This document shows positions 10,042 to 19,859 of a DNA stretch of 64,000 nucleotides, piece after piece. The translations under genes were made by a program, and so were the position numbers. Under the pieces are notes generated by a model. It was not told the origin of the DNA. It ran no database searches and saw only the letters and a list, made by a program, of their open reading frames with translations. Source of the stretch: Candidatus Melainabacteria bacterium 17Bon1m (GTDB taxonomy: Bacteria > Cyanobacteriota > Vampirovibrionia > Obscuribacterales > Obscuribacteraceae); NCBI GenBank assembly GCA_032128875.1, contig JAVLKG010000003.1, positions 920,974 to 984,973 of the forward strand. The letters run 5' to 3'. Positions within the stretch are counted from its first letter, which is position 1. Each line of letters starts with the position of its first letter.

Positions 10042-10968
10042 TTGACTTCCGACTCAGACAGCAGCAATAACTCCATTGGGCGGCGCGACTTTTTGAAGTC
10101 GATGTTTGGGCTGGGCGGGCTTTTGGAAGCTTCAGAAGCGTCTGCAAAGCCAGCACCCGGGCGCACTATCTTCTTCTGGACCGACTTGAAGACCGGGCAG
10201 GTAGGCTTCCCTACCGGCTTTATGGTCGAGGCTGGCCTGCCTGGCTCGGTTATGAAGATTGTTTCTTCAGCGGCACTCATTGAAGAACGCTTGGTCAACC
10301 CTAACGACACCGTTGACTGCATGGGGCACGCCACGATTCAAGGTCGAAAAATCAATTGTTTAGCCGCGCATGGAAAAGTAGACGCGGTGCACGCCATTGC
10401 CCAATCGTGCAATGTTTATTTTGCGACAGTTTCAAAACAAATGAGTCAGGCCTTGCTCTTTGAGTATGCCAAGAAATTTGGATTTGATTCTGCGGTCGGG
10501 TCTGTGAAGAGCGGGCTGTTTCCAAAGCCTGAGAAATCTTCAGCCTGGCCTTATGTTGTTGGTTTGAGTCCTAACCTGCATCCCAACGGATTGCAGCTTC
10601 TGCGCATGAGTGCCCTTGTCGCAAATCGCGGTGACGTTCCGTATCTTCATAGCGCTGAAGAAAACGCTCAAGGTAAGCCTCGATCGAAAGTGGAGCTTTC
10701 AGATCTCACCTGGGGACGTTTGCAGCAAGGCATGGAGCTGGCTGTACGCGAAGGGACTGCCAAAAAATTAGACCCTAACCACAAGTTGCATATTGCCGCA
10801 AAAACCGGCACGGCACCGCACGGCAACAAGTTTCAGTCTTGGGTGACAGGGTATTTCCCGTGCGAGGCACCTCGTCACGCATTTTGCCTGGGCGCGACCA
10901 GCGGCACCAGCTCAGAGGTTGCTGTACCGAAAGCCAAAGAGTTTTTGTTCGCAACTGAATGGCCGTAG
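10042..10968 (+). CDS. Penicillin-binding transpeptidase-domain protein with Tat-like signal
   Basis: PGSVMK (SxxK), QSCN (SxN), AKTGT (KTG); RRDFLK and ASA at the N-terminus. Confidence 0.85.
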   Translation: MTSDSDSSNNSIGRRDFLKSMFGLGGLLEASEASAKPAPGRTIFFWTDLKTGQVGFPTGFMVEAGLPGSVMKIVSSAALIEERLVNPNDTVDCMGHATIQGRKINCLAAHGKVDAVHAIAQSCNVYFATVSKQMSQALLFEYAKKFGFDSAVGSVKSGLFPKPEKSSAWPYVVGLSPNLHPNGLQLLRMSALVANRGDVPYLHSAEENAQGKPRSKVELSDLTWGRLQQGMELAVREGTAKKLDPNHKLHIAAKTGTAPHGNKFQSWVTGYFPCEAPRHAFCLGATSGTSSEVAVPKAKEFLFATEWP

Positions 10969-12200
10969 GCCTATCTATATATAAGAACGCATTTTGCTGG
11001 GGAAAAACGCTTTTGAATCGCGAGAAGTTGAAAGTGCGGTTTTTTTTGTTTTTTCATTTGTCGATTGCAATAGCTTTGCTTTTGTTCTCAAACACGATTG
11101 CTCTGGCGAACCCGCCAGGCATTTATGTCACTCTCTTTCAATCGCGCCCTCGCATTGACACGCTATATTTGCGCGGTCCATTCGTTGTATCCAATCCGAT
11201 TCACGCTGTCTTTCATGAAGGACTCTTTGAATGCGTGAGCGATGGAGGAGTGATTAGATTCGCACAGATAATTGGTCGAAAAAGAAAACCCATTTTGCGT
11301 GCACCGCATTTGGTGATATCAGATCGAGCTCGCTCAACAATCGAGATTGGTCCGGACCTTGAGCACATGCGCAAATACTATGGGCAAATGACAATCAGCC
11401 GGCGCTCCGCCGGACCACGCGATAGACAAGGCGGCGGACTGAATGTAGTAAATTTGATCGACAGCTTTAATTATGTGGCATCAGTTGTCGGTGGCGAAAC
11501 TACGGCAGATTTCGGCAAAGAAGCTCTCAAAGCCCAGGCAGTGCTCGTCTATACGCGCCTCTCGCCAAAAGGACGACATCCGGCGTTGAATGATACGACC
11601 GACGAGATGGTCTACCTCGGCGCCCAGCATGAACGCGCTGATGTCATAGATGCGGTAATCGATGTTGATCGCCGGAGACTGATGTTCAATGATCGACCCG
11701 CTCAAGCCTTTTTCCATGCCTGTTGCGCCGGGCGCACCAGCAAGGGCAGTGACATCTTTGGAGAAAATGCCAAAGCCTTGGTGTATTTGCAGTCCGTTCC
11801 TTGTAACTATTGCAAGGCGTCTCCACTTTATGGCACGACGACAAAGCAGATTCCAGCAACCATATTCAACCGTGAAATAGCTGAAGGGGGGCCGAATGTG
11901 CTCAAAGTCGACCAAGCAAAGCGTATTGTCATTGCCGACATTCGCAAGGGCGGTAAAACTGAGACTGTGAGTGGCTACCAGTTGTGGCTGCGTTTGGGAC
12001 AGCGTCTGGGCTGGGACAAGGTGCCTGGTACTCGCTATCAGATAAGGAAGACGGGTTCTGCTTACACGATAAAATCAAGTGGTGGCGGGCACGGAGTCGG
12101 TCTTTGTCAGTGGGGCGCACAAGGGCTGGCGAAGCAAAATAAGACCTATACTGAGATTTTGCAGTATTACTTTCCTGGCGCTACCGTAGAGAAACGCTGA
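10959..12200 (+). CDS. SpoIID/LytB-domain lytic transglycosylase
   Basis: YVASVVGGE...EALKAQAV and GHGVGLCQWGA...ILQYYFPG; start uncertain. Confidence 0.9.
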   Translation: MAVGLSIYKNAFCWGKTLLNREKLKVRFFLFFHLSIAIALLLFSNTIALANPPGIYVTLFQSRPRIDTLYLRGPFVVSNPIHAVFHEGLFECVSDGGVIRFAQIIGRKRKPILRAPHLVISDRARSTIEIGPDLEHMRKYYGQMTISRRSAGPRDRQGGGLNVVNLIDSFNYVASVVGGETTADFGKEALKAQAVLVYTRLSPKGRHPALNDTTDEMVYLGAQHERADVIDAVIDVDRRRLMFNDRPAQAFFHACCAGRTSKGSDIFGENAKALVYLQSVPCNYCKASPLYGTTTKQIPATIFNREIAEGGPNVLKVDQAKRIVIADIRKGGKTETVSGYQLWLRLGQRLGWDKVPGTRYQIRKTGSAYTIKSSGGGHGVGLCQWGAQGLAKQNKTYTEILQYYFPGATVEKR

Positions 12201-12322
12201 GAAAGCCGCCAAAGAAAAGCGCCGAATATCTGGTCTTTTCTAGTCTTTGCACATGCAAAGCGGGCTGTCTTCTGTTAGATTATCTTCTTGCGCTAGGTCT
12301 AGGCTAAGAGAAGGAACGGCAC

Positions 12323-13501
12323 ATGCAGTCAAGAGTTCGCAAGCTCGCATCCCACAAGGCAGATCAGTTTCAAGAGTCAGTCATCAGAGAGATGTCACGG
12401 CTTGCAGCCCGGTACAAGGCAACAAATTTGGCGCAAGGTTTGCCCGATTTCCCTTGTCCTGAAGAACTCAAAATAGCTGCTAAAGATGCACTGTTCGCGG
12501 ACGTCAATCAGTATGCGATTACCTGGGGTGATAAGCCCTTGCGCGACGCGCTTGCCGAAAAACATTTGAAAACAGCCGGACAGAAAGTAGATCCCGAAAC
12601 TCAGATTACTGTTGCTTGCGGCGCCACAGAAGCCATGGTCGCAACAATGTTGGCGCTTGTGGATGCTGATGATGAAGTGATTGTATTCGAGCCCTTCTAC
12701 GAAAATTACGGACCTGATGCCATCTTATGTGGTGGCAAGCCTCGTTATGTATCGATGCATCCGCCTGATTGGACATTCGATGTGAAAGAGCTCGAGAAGG
12801 CGTTTAACGACAAGACTCGCGCCATCATCGTCAATACTCCTCACAATCCGACAGGCAAAGTTTTTAGCCGGGAAGAAATGACCGAAATAGCACGCCTTTG
12901 CCAGAAGTGGGGCGTTCTTTGCTTGACTGATGAGATTTACGAGCACATTCTTTATGACGGTCACGAGCATGTCGCGATGGCTTCCTTGCCGGGCATGGAA
13001 GACCTGACCGTGACAATAAACAGTTTATCGAAGACCTATAGTGTCACTGGATGGCGCGTGGGTTGGGCGATTGCACCTGCTGAATTGACTTTGCCAATTC
13101 GCAAAGTTCACGACTTCCTTACCGTCGGCTCACCCGCACCATTGCAAAGGGCTGCCGTTACTGCAATTAACATGGGCCAGAAGTATTACGATGACCTTGC
13201 CGCGGAATACAAAGATAGACGCGCGTACATGCTTGAAACGCTCGATATGTGCGGCATCAAGTACTACAAACCGCAAGGCGCCTATTATGTCTTCAGCGAT
13301 ATCAGCGAATGGGGATACGGCACCGACATGCAGTTTACCGAGTACCTGGTTAAGGAGATCGGTGTGGCTGTGGTGCCTGGCGCTAGCTTCTTTGGACCGT
13401 CTGAGTTGGCGCGTAATTATGTTCGCTTCTGCTTCAGCCGTCGAGAAGAGACTCTCGTTGCCGCTCGCGAAAAACTTTTGAAATTGAAGAAGAAGGCGTA
13501 A
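12323..13501 (+). CDS. PLP-dependent aminotransferase class I/II (YbdL/DapC-like)
   Basis: NLAQGLPDF, NTPHNPTG, DEIY, SLSKTYSVTGWRVG. Confidence 0.92.
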   Translation: MQSRVRKLASHKADQFQESVIREMSRLAARYKATNLAQGLPDFPCPEELKIAAKDALFADVNQYAITWGDKPLRDALAEKHLKTAGQKVDPETQITVACGATEAMVATMLALVDADDEVIVFEPFYENYGPDAILCGGKPRYVSMHPPDWTFDVKELEKAFNDKTRAIIVNTPHNPTGKVFSREEMTEIARLCQKWGVLCLTDEIYEHILYDGHEHVAMASLPGMEDLTVTINSLSKTYSVTGWRVGWAIAPAELTLPIRKVHDFLTVGSPAPLQRAAVTAINMGQKYYDDLAAEYKDRRAYMLETLDMCGIKYYKPQGAYYVFSDISEWGYGTDMQFTEYLVKEIGVAVVPGASFFGPSELARNYVRFCFSRREETLVAAREKLLKLKKKA

Positions 13502-13518
13502 GTTTAAGGCTTAGCGAT

Positions 13519-13582
13519 TTCAAGCTCGGCTCCGTTCAAACCCGCTCACCTTCAAGCTGGGCTTGGTTCAGGCTCAGCTTGG
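13519..13582. repeat. Four degenerate 16-bp tandem repeats (TTCArrC...GCT)
   Basis: TTCA at 13519, 13535, 13551 and 13567, an exact 16-bp period. Confidence 0.7.
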
Positions 13583-13590
13583 TTTTGAAC

Positions 13591-13905
13591 CTAGATGATT
13601 CCCAGAAAGAAAAGAACCTGGAAAACGCCTGAGATAATCAGGAGAACGCCGGACGGCATAAACTTCTTGGTCTTCGCCAGGCGCATGGCGAAAACAGCTT
13701 CCAGTACCAGAGCAAGCGCAAATGCGATCATCAGCGCTGTTTTCAGGTCGCTGAAGCTGAATGCGTAGCAGCCCGCTAGCGCTGCAGCGCTGCCTCCTCC
13801 AGCAATAAGCGAGGCTTTGCTCTTGCCTTTGACAAAACCCATGATGCCGCCGAGCAGCATCAATACTGCATAGACAGGTATGGCAATTTGAGCAATTTCG
13901 TGCAT
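13591..13905 (-). CDS. TMEM14 family membrane protein
   Basis: GGIMGFVKGKSKASLIAG and KKFMPSG motifs. Confidence 0.88.
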   Translation of the reverse strand: MHEIAQIAIPVYAVLMLLGGIMGFVKGKSKASLIAGGGSAAALAGCYAFSFSDLKTALMIAFALALVLEAVFAMRLAKTKKFMPSGVLLIISGVFQVLFFLGII

Positions 13906-13974
13906 CTTTCTTCCCCTTACTGGTTGCAAGAATTATTGCACGGCCGGTCATCCGGCGGCTTTAGCGCTTGCTCA

Positions 13975-14427
13975 CTAGTCGCTTTGCTTGGACGTCGCCG
14001 GCGCCGTCTGTGGCTTCCTTTCGCCCACTAGCTCCAGTTCTTGATGGTCTTCGATTTCAAATTTCAAATCTTCTCCATCTTCGTATCTCTTGGCTGTCCA
14101 GGTGCCCTTGAGGTCCGTCGTTTCCTTGCCGGAACCCGGGACTCGCCAGCGCCCCATGAGCGTCTTTCCATCCTCACTCATGCTTCCCTCGTAAAAGACG
14201 GAGTGTCTTGTGCCTGCTCTATATGTCTTGGTGAATTTGATGTGCGGGTAGAAGAACTTTCCGTCTACATCTGCTTCTCCTGAGGAACAATCATCGAGAA
14301 TATTGCCTTCGATAATGCCGTCAGCATCGATGAAAACAGCTTCAAAGCCCTGGGCGTCACTGTTGCCGGGATAGAAATATCTTCCCCTCCAGCTTCCTGC
14401 AATGCTATGACTGCCTACCATCTCCAC
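13975..14427 (-). CDS. Hypothetical beta-rich protein
   Basis: GSWRGRYFY, FTKTY, YEG...GRW; co-oriented and closely packed with neighbours. Confidence 0.7.
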   Translation of the reverse strand: MEMVGSHSIAGSWRGRYFYPGNSDAQGFEAVFIDADGIIEGNILDDCSSGEADVDGKFFYPHIKFTKTYRAGTRHSVFYEGSMSEDGKTLMGRWRVPGSGKETTDLKGTWTAKRYEDGEDLKFEIEDHQELELVGERKPQTAPATSKQSD

Positions 14428-14440
14428 CTGTCCTGCAGTG

Positions 14441-15934
14441 CTACTCTTTCTTTATCGAAAATTTGTCGATTACTTTGCCGGCATCGGAAACTTGAGACAC
14501 CGTCAATTTCCCACCATCGACCTTGCAGACTGTGTACGAATGGCAATCAGAAATTTGTTTGAGAAGGAAATCACCCATGCGATTGATCTCAGCGTTGTCG
14601 GTTGGGCTGTAGAGGCGCGCGCCGCCAGCGCCCGTGACAATGTGAATGATGCCGTTTGGTTTTGTGTTTTCTGTTGAATCGTAAGATTTGTCCAGAGTGA
14701 TAGCACCATCTACGGTGCCGTCATGATTCATCTTGCCTGTCGTCGGTTTGAAATGAAGAGGGAATGTTCGCTGGTAATTGTGAGCGTGCCCAGCGAAAAC
14801 TATGTCTACGCCTCCTTTTTCGAGTGCGTCGACGATTAAGCGCATGCGCTGTTCTTTCAAGTGATAGAGGTCTGTGCTAAAAGCTGGCTGGTGAAATGTC
14901 GCGAATTTCCATTTTGCAGATGATGCTTTGGCTAGATCATCGCTCACCCACTTGCGCATTTCCGGACTCGACCAGTCCATGTAATAGTTGCCGTCAAGCA
15001 CTATCCAGTGGGTGTTTCCAAAGTCGAAAGAGAAATTTGCCATTTGGGGAAAACGTTTGCCGGCCCCTTGCTGGAAAGAGGAAAGTTTGGACTGGGTTCC
15101 CACAATGGGGCAGATGTTTGGACCCTGAAAATGCTTCAGTGGTCCGTTGAGTGGCGCAGACCAAACCAAAAAATATCCCAATGCATCTTGCATGCGATTT
15201 AGATTGGTCGGCGCTAGCATGACGCTTTGAGCGATATCGTGATTACCAATCACGGGGACGCAAAGCGTTGAACGCATAATCGGAGCGCCTACAGCTTCTT
15301 TCGATTCATCAGCATTGAAGATCGGAAAAAAGCGAGCCAAGTAATCTGAGAGTAAACCCATGTTGTACACAAGGTCTCCCGGCATCACCCACATATCCGG
15401 TGACTCTGAATAAATACGCTGCGCAATGCGCTTTTGTCCATGGCTGCCCGCCCCCAAATCACCGGCAACTATGAATTTGAACGCCTGGTCGTGTGCAACT
15501 TGCGCTTTCGCATTTGCTGAGAATGTTTCCATTCCATCTCTGTAAACCTTGTAGGTAAAAGGTTTTCCGGCAGGTAATCCAGTGAGCGTTGTGGAGAAAA
15601 GGCTGACTGCTTCAGGCTGAGAGTCTTCCAAAATGTTTTTGGTTAGTGGTTTTGCTTTTTGCCAGCTTTTTGCTCCGGCAGTTTTATATTCCAATTCCCA
15701 TTCATGCTTATCGTTGCGAGCTAGAAAAAGAACATCGTGACTGACCTTGTTGTTCTCGAGCTTGCCCTGCCCAAGTTGCACATATGGTTTGGCCACAAAA
15801 ATTTCCGGCGGTGTGAAATAGGCTTTGATTTCCTGACTGATGGTGATGGCTGCCAGCACCGTGACAGTGGAAAATGCCAAAATGGCACTCCGCTTCTTCG
15901 ATTTGCCGAAAAATCTCGAGAATTGCCTTTTCAT
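14441..15934 (-). CDS. Purple acid phosphatase-like metallophosphoesterase, membrane-anchored or exported
   Basis: GDLG, GDLVY, GNHD, FH, GHAH motifs; FN3-like region; N-terminal hydrophobic segment. Confidence 0.88.
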   Translation of the reverse strand: MKRQFSRFFGKSKKRSAILAFSTVTVLAAITISQEIKAYFTPPEIFVAKPYVQLGQGKLENNKVSHDVLFLARNDKHEWELEYKTAGAKSWQKAKPLTKNILEDSQPEAVSLFSTTLTGLPAGKPFTYKVYRDGMETFSANAKAQVAHDQAFKFIVAGDLGAGSHGQKRIAQRIYSESPDMWVMPGDLVYNMGLLSDYLARFFPIFNADESKEAVGAPIMRSTLCVPVIGNHDIAQSVMLAPTNLNRMQDALGYFLVWSAPLNGPLKHFQGPNICPIVGTQSKLSSFQQGAGKRFPQMANFSFDFGNTHWIVLDGNYYMDWSSPEMRKWVSDDLAKASSAKWKFATFHQPAFSTDLYHLKEQRMRLIVDALEKGGVDIVFAGHAHNYQRTFPLHFKPTTGKMNHDGTVDGAITLDKSYDSTENTKPNGIIHIVTGAGGARLYSPTDNAEINRMGDFLLKQISDCHSYTVCKVDGGKLTVSQVSDAGKVIDKFSIKKE

Positions 15935-16093
15935 AACACCATGGACTCCGGTCGACCTAATATAGCTAAACCCTATAGATTGTTCATCATCTGCGCAGAT
16001 ATAGCATTAATCTCAAACTTTTTTGCGCGTAAGGCATTCGTATAAACTAAATCTGGAATGCTTAACAGTGGTTGAAGCCGCTACGAGGAAGAC

Positions 16094-16564
16094 TTGGTTT
16101 TTCTTTGCCCGATTTGCAAAGTAGAAAACAGGCAAAATGCCAAATTTTGCCGCCGTTGCGGGCGTGCGCGGGTAGAGCTCGAGACCTCCAAGACTGCCGG
16201 TGGTGGGGATATTGGCACCCCGGTAGTAAAGGAAGTCGCGGTTCCTATTGCGGCGGTAGTTGCAACATTCGAAGAGGAAGAAATCTTCGAGCCTGCCGAC
16301 GAGACAGTGCCGCAATGCTCAGCTTGCTGGGCAAAATTGAGGCTGACCGACAAGTTTTGCTACGGGTGTGGAGAGCCTCAACCGGAGAGAAACCTAGCTC
16401 ATTTGAAAACTTGCAACCAGTGTCAGTCATTGTTGCCAGCCGGCGCCAATTTTTGTTTTTCTTGCGGGCAAGAAGTGAGTTCTTCTCAACGGCGGAATGT
16501 GCGCTCACCGGTCGAGCTGTTCGATGACGAAAATTCCGAGTTTTTTCCACGTTTTGAAGCCTAG
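16094..16564 (+). CDS. Multi zinc-ribbon protein
   Basis: Six CxxC pairs in three ribbons (CPIC/CRRC, CSAC/CYGC, CNQC/CFSC); GAGGA RBS before TTG. Confidence 0.8.
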   Translation: MVFLCPICKVENRQNAKFCRRCGRARVELETSKTAGGGDIGTPVVKEVAVPIAAVVATFEEEEIFEPADETVPQCSACWAKLRLTDKFCYGCGEPQPERNLAHLKTCNQCQSLLPAGANFCFSCGQEVSSSQRRNVRSPVELFDDENSEFFPRFEA

Positions 16565-16779
16565 ATTTATTTTGCCCCTGTCTTATGGTCTCGCTCGGAT
16601 TTGTTTTGAGTAAGGCAAAATCAAGTGCCCGCTTGCTTTTCCCTCTTTAGTGGAAAACACTTACACACTTTTGAGGAAGCGCTATTGTCAATTTACGCCG
16701 ACCAGAACACGACTTAGGATGCTTATTGAGGTGGTCAGGCGAGATGTCCCCTCTCTGGCGATTTGAGGTGACTATTTAA

Positions 16780-17145
16780 ATGGAGCTGTTTGCCCCTTTC
16801 TGTTCGAGGATTACACTTGTTCAGGCGCTTATATCGATTTATCTGCTCTGTGGAGTGTTTTACTTCGCGCAGTGGCTTTGCGCAGACTTTCTAATCTCCG
16901 CGAAAAACCGCAGCAATATGAAAGAACTAGGCGATCTGATTTTGATGTCGTCACTATTGTTTGTCATCACGTGCTGTCACTTTCCCTACGGAACTGAACT
17001 GAACCGCATGGTTGCACAGACATGTGCGCAGCAGTTTGAACTTATTTCACACGCTGCGCATTCGACTGTTGCTGCGGCGCAGCCTTATTTGAGACCGCAT
17101 TCCAAGCATTCCAGCACCCATGGGCGGCACGTCTTCAGGCTATAG
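16780..17145 (+). CDS. Hypothetical small membrane protein
   Basis: ATG with GAGGTG RBS; two hydrophobic segments. Confidence 0.55.
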   Translation: MELFAPFCSRITLVQALISIYLLCGVFYFAQWLCADFLISAKNRSNMKELGDLILMSSLLFVITCCHFPYGTELNRMVAQTCAQQFELISHAAHSTVAAAQPYLRPHSKHSSTHGRHVFRL

Positions 17146-17222
17146 CCGCTCATCCGCCCCGAAAGATGGTATCGCAGGCGGTGCACACCGGCGCTACTAA
17201 AGCGAGTTCAATTGGAAAAGTT

Positions 17223-17295
<73 letters not shown>

Positions 17296-17403
17296 GCATA
17301 GGTCGGTTCAGCCTCCGCATAGAACATCAAAAAAGTCCCCAGCGGAGGAGACAGGAACTCAATATATCACATGAGTAATTCCTAGACCCTCGTCAATAGG
17401 AAA

Positions 17404-18186
17404 TCAATACGGACTGTTAGATTGCATTGCGTAGGATTGGTTGTAAAGCCCCGATATTCGGCAGTTTTCGCCCTCTTTACGTACCAAAAGATCCATAACG
17501 ATTTGATGCGTAATGGGGCGAACAGAGGCTTGTTGCAGGACAAGTGTTCCTGTCATTTTTACAACTATACTGCCGTCTGGGTTGACTGCCTGTGCTTGGA
17601 CTGAGATTGGCTGGAATGCGCCCCTTAATTGCCCGGAGGCAATGCCATTGGCGATTTCAGGGCTCCAAAAGTTTGTTTCGAAGGCTTGCGCGGATTCTTG
17701 TGTCATCCATTTTGCTGCTTCTTTATGGCTCTGGGCGGCTGTGGCGGTGTTGTAATCCATCGCTCCACCCATCCAATATTTAACGAAATCCGTTGCCAGA
17801 GTCGGTGTGAGAGCGTTGGGATCTACGGGGGCGGCTGCCGCCGGTGTTGCCTGTGCACTGGGCGCCCCTTGAGCACCGGGAGTGCCTTCTTGGGCTGCCG
17901 TCTGGGCTCCAGGCTGACCATGTCCACCTCCACCCCATCCTCCGGATTCTCCGAGCTGCGGGGGAGCATTGGGATCGCTGCTGTTGTGACCGGGCGCCTT
18001 TTCATCATTGCCGACGTTCGGCACGACGAAGACAGCCAGAACGCCAAGAATGACAAGCCCCATGAGGATCTTGTCTTGCATAATCCGGGTAATTAGAGCG
18101 CGTACGATTTCCTGGATCATGGCAGGGGTTGGTCGCTCCTTGCTGAGCTCACGAAGGCGTTCTCTCGTTGGAAGTTGTAATGCCAT
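17404..18186 (-). CDS. Bitopic membrane protein with Pro/Ala/Gly linker and putative VirB8/DotI-like (NTF2-fold) domain
   Basis: Single TM; DFVKYWMGGAMDYN...AAKWMTQESAQAF followed by beta strands; fold assignment is an inference. Confidence 0.55.
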   Translation of the reverse strand: MALQLPTRERLRELSKERPTPAMIQEIVRALITRIMQDKILMGLVILGVLAVFVVPNVGNDEKAPGHNSSDPNAPPQLGESGGWGGGGHGQPGAQTAAQEGTPGAQGAPSAQATPAAAAPVDPNALTPTLATDFVKYWMGGAMDYNTATAAQSHKEAAKWMTQESAQAFETNFWSPEIANGIASGQLRGAFQPISVQAQAVNPDGSIVVKMTGTLVLQQASVRPITHQIVMDLLVRKEGENCRISGLYNQSYAMQSNSPY

Positions 18187-18387
18187 ACATTGATTGTGCT
18201 TATATTTGGCGGAAAATCAACTGTGGGGTGGGGGTATTCCCATGAATTTACCTCTCTTTCGCCCATCGTGAGCGGAAATAGGGGAAGTAAACTGCCACTT
18301 CCTAAGCCTTTACACTGCCAGCCTGTCGAATTTGCTGACCAGCCTGTAATACAATGTTGGCGACGAGCGCAAGTGAACCTGTGGGGA

Positions 18388-18732
18388 ATGATGCCTGACG
18401 ACGAAAGCGATAAGAATTCCGAGTCAATGGAGCAGCAGACTATTCCCTTTGATGCTCCGGCACAAAAGACATTGCCGGTTGTAACGAGCGGTGGGCGGAA
18501 GTATGTGGCGTACACAGTTAAGTTGCCGTCCGAGCAGCTGGCTGCGCTTCAGTCAATCTGGCTGGAGCTGAAACGCCTCTATGGACCGCACTCTCCTGAC
18601 AAAAGCGGCATGATTCAGCAGGCGATTACTGATTGGCTGAAGAAATGGGACGGGCCTGATCGCCAGAAGCTTTTGCAAGATCTGCTGGAAATCCGCGAAG
18701 ACACGAGAAAGCGACAGTATAAGAAGGACTGA
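18388..18732 (+). CDS. Hypothetical protein, possible ribbon-helix-helix DNA-binding protein
   Basis: YTVKLP strand, a helix, then KSGMIQQAITDWL helix; start moved to ATG 18388. Confidence 0.55.
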   Translation: MMPDDESDKNSESMEQQTIPFDAPAQKTLPVVTSGGRKYVAYTVKLPSEQLAALQSIWLELKRLYGPHSPDKSGMIQQAITDWLKKWDGPDRQKLLQDLLEIREDTRKRQYKKD

Positions 18733-18975
18733 CACCAAATACGGTGCGTAAGTATTGCTAATGCAGGGAGGCCATGCGTCGACCCCTTTTGTCTGCGGAT
18801 GTTGGATGCCGGTTGGCTCCAGGACCTGCCGGAAACTCCTCACCAGAACCCATAAATATGTGCAGGGTTTCAGCTTGGCTGAAGCCAGGTTAGAAAACGC
18901 TGATTTAGTTGGTTTTTGAGCGGCTTCTTAATTACAAGAACGAATGTTGAAAGCATATGCAACTATTATGAAACC

Positions 18976-19728
18976 ATGCATTTCCCAGTCTTCGTTCCCC
19001 CGCTGCTCGCTGCGACCATGTGTTTGGTCTGCGCTCTGGCAGGTGGAAACTATCCGCAGTTGTTCTTTCAGGAGTGGCAGCCGGCCACGCTCTACAACGC
19101 CGTCCAGTTGTTTCTCTGCTCTCTTGTCGCCGTAGCGATTGCAAATACCGTAGCCGCACGCAAGGTTCCGTCACTAGCGGCGACCGTCCTCTGGTCAATT
19201 GTCGGAGGGTTTTGCGCTTATATAGGTTTTGACGAGCTCTTTCAGTTTCACGAAAGTACCGCACCGCTTGCTCAAGCATTGCGCGACTTTCTGGGGCAGC
19301 CAGGCAATCGCCCGGTCATTGCCGGATTTGAACTGCCCTCGTACAGCTTCTTAATTGAAGGCAGCTATGCGGTGATTGCAGCTGGAGTTGCAATTGCTTT
19401 TCGCCAAAACCTGCTTCTGCAGCCGACGGCACGTTGCCTGATAGCACTGTCAGTGCTGTTCTTGTGTGGTTCTCAAATCGTAGACGTTGTGCTTTTGCAA
19501 GGTCCATCTACCTATTTGACTGCTCTGCCTGGAGACCTTGTTGTCTCTGATGGTTTGCTGTCCGCGCTTTCTCAGTCGCTCAAGGTTGCCGGATTTGCAA
19601 CTGTTCTTGCCGCTTTGCTGGAAACGCTTCTTGCTAAAAAACAGATTTTGTCTGTAGAGCGCATGTTGTCAGAGTTTAATACTGAAGAGCCGGTGCGCGT
19701 CATTCCATCAGCGAAGTCGCTGGTTTAG
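18976..19728 (+). CDS. Multi-pass membrane protein of unknown function
   Basis: About six hydrophobic segments; DELFQFHE motif. Confidence 0.7.
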   Translation: MHFPVFVPPLLAATMCLVCALAGGNYPQLFFQEWQPATLYNAVQLFLCSLVAVAIANTVAARKVPSLAATVLWSIVGGFCAYIGFDELFQFHESTAPLAQALRDFLGQPGNRPVIAGFELPSYSFLIEGSYAVIAAGVAIAFRQNLLLQPTARCLIALSVLFLCGSQIVDVVLLQGPSTYLTALPGDLVVSDGLLSALSQSLKVAGFATVLAALLETLLAKKQILSVERMLSEFNTEEPVRVIPSAKSLV

Positions 19729-19859
19729 TTGAAGTACGCATCCCAGGACGCATAAGCCTACGTTCTGACCACAAAAGAAAAGGGAGGCATTGAGCCCCCC
19801 TCGAAGTTTCTTGTTGTCTAGAGCTTTGAACCGCTGAGGGCTCTTCTTTCGGCGTTTTG

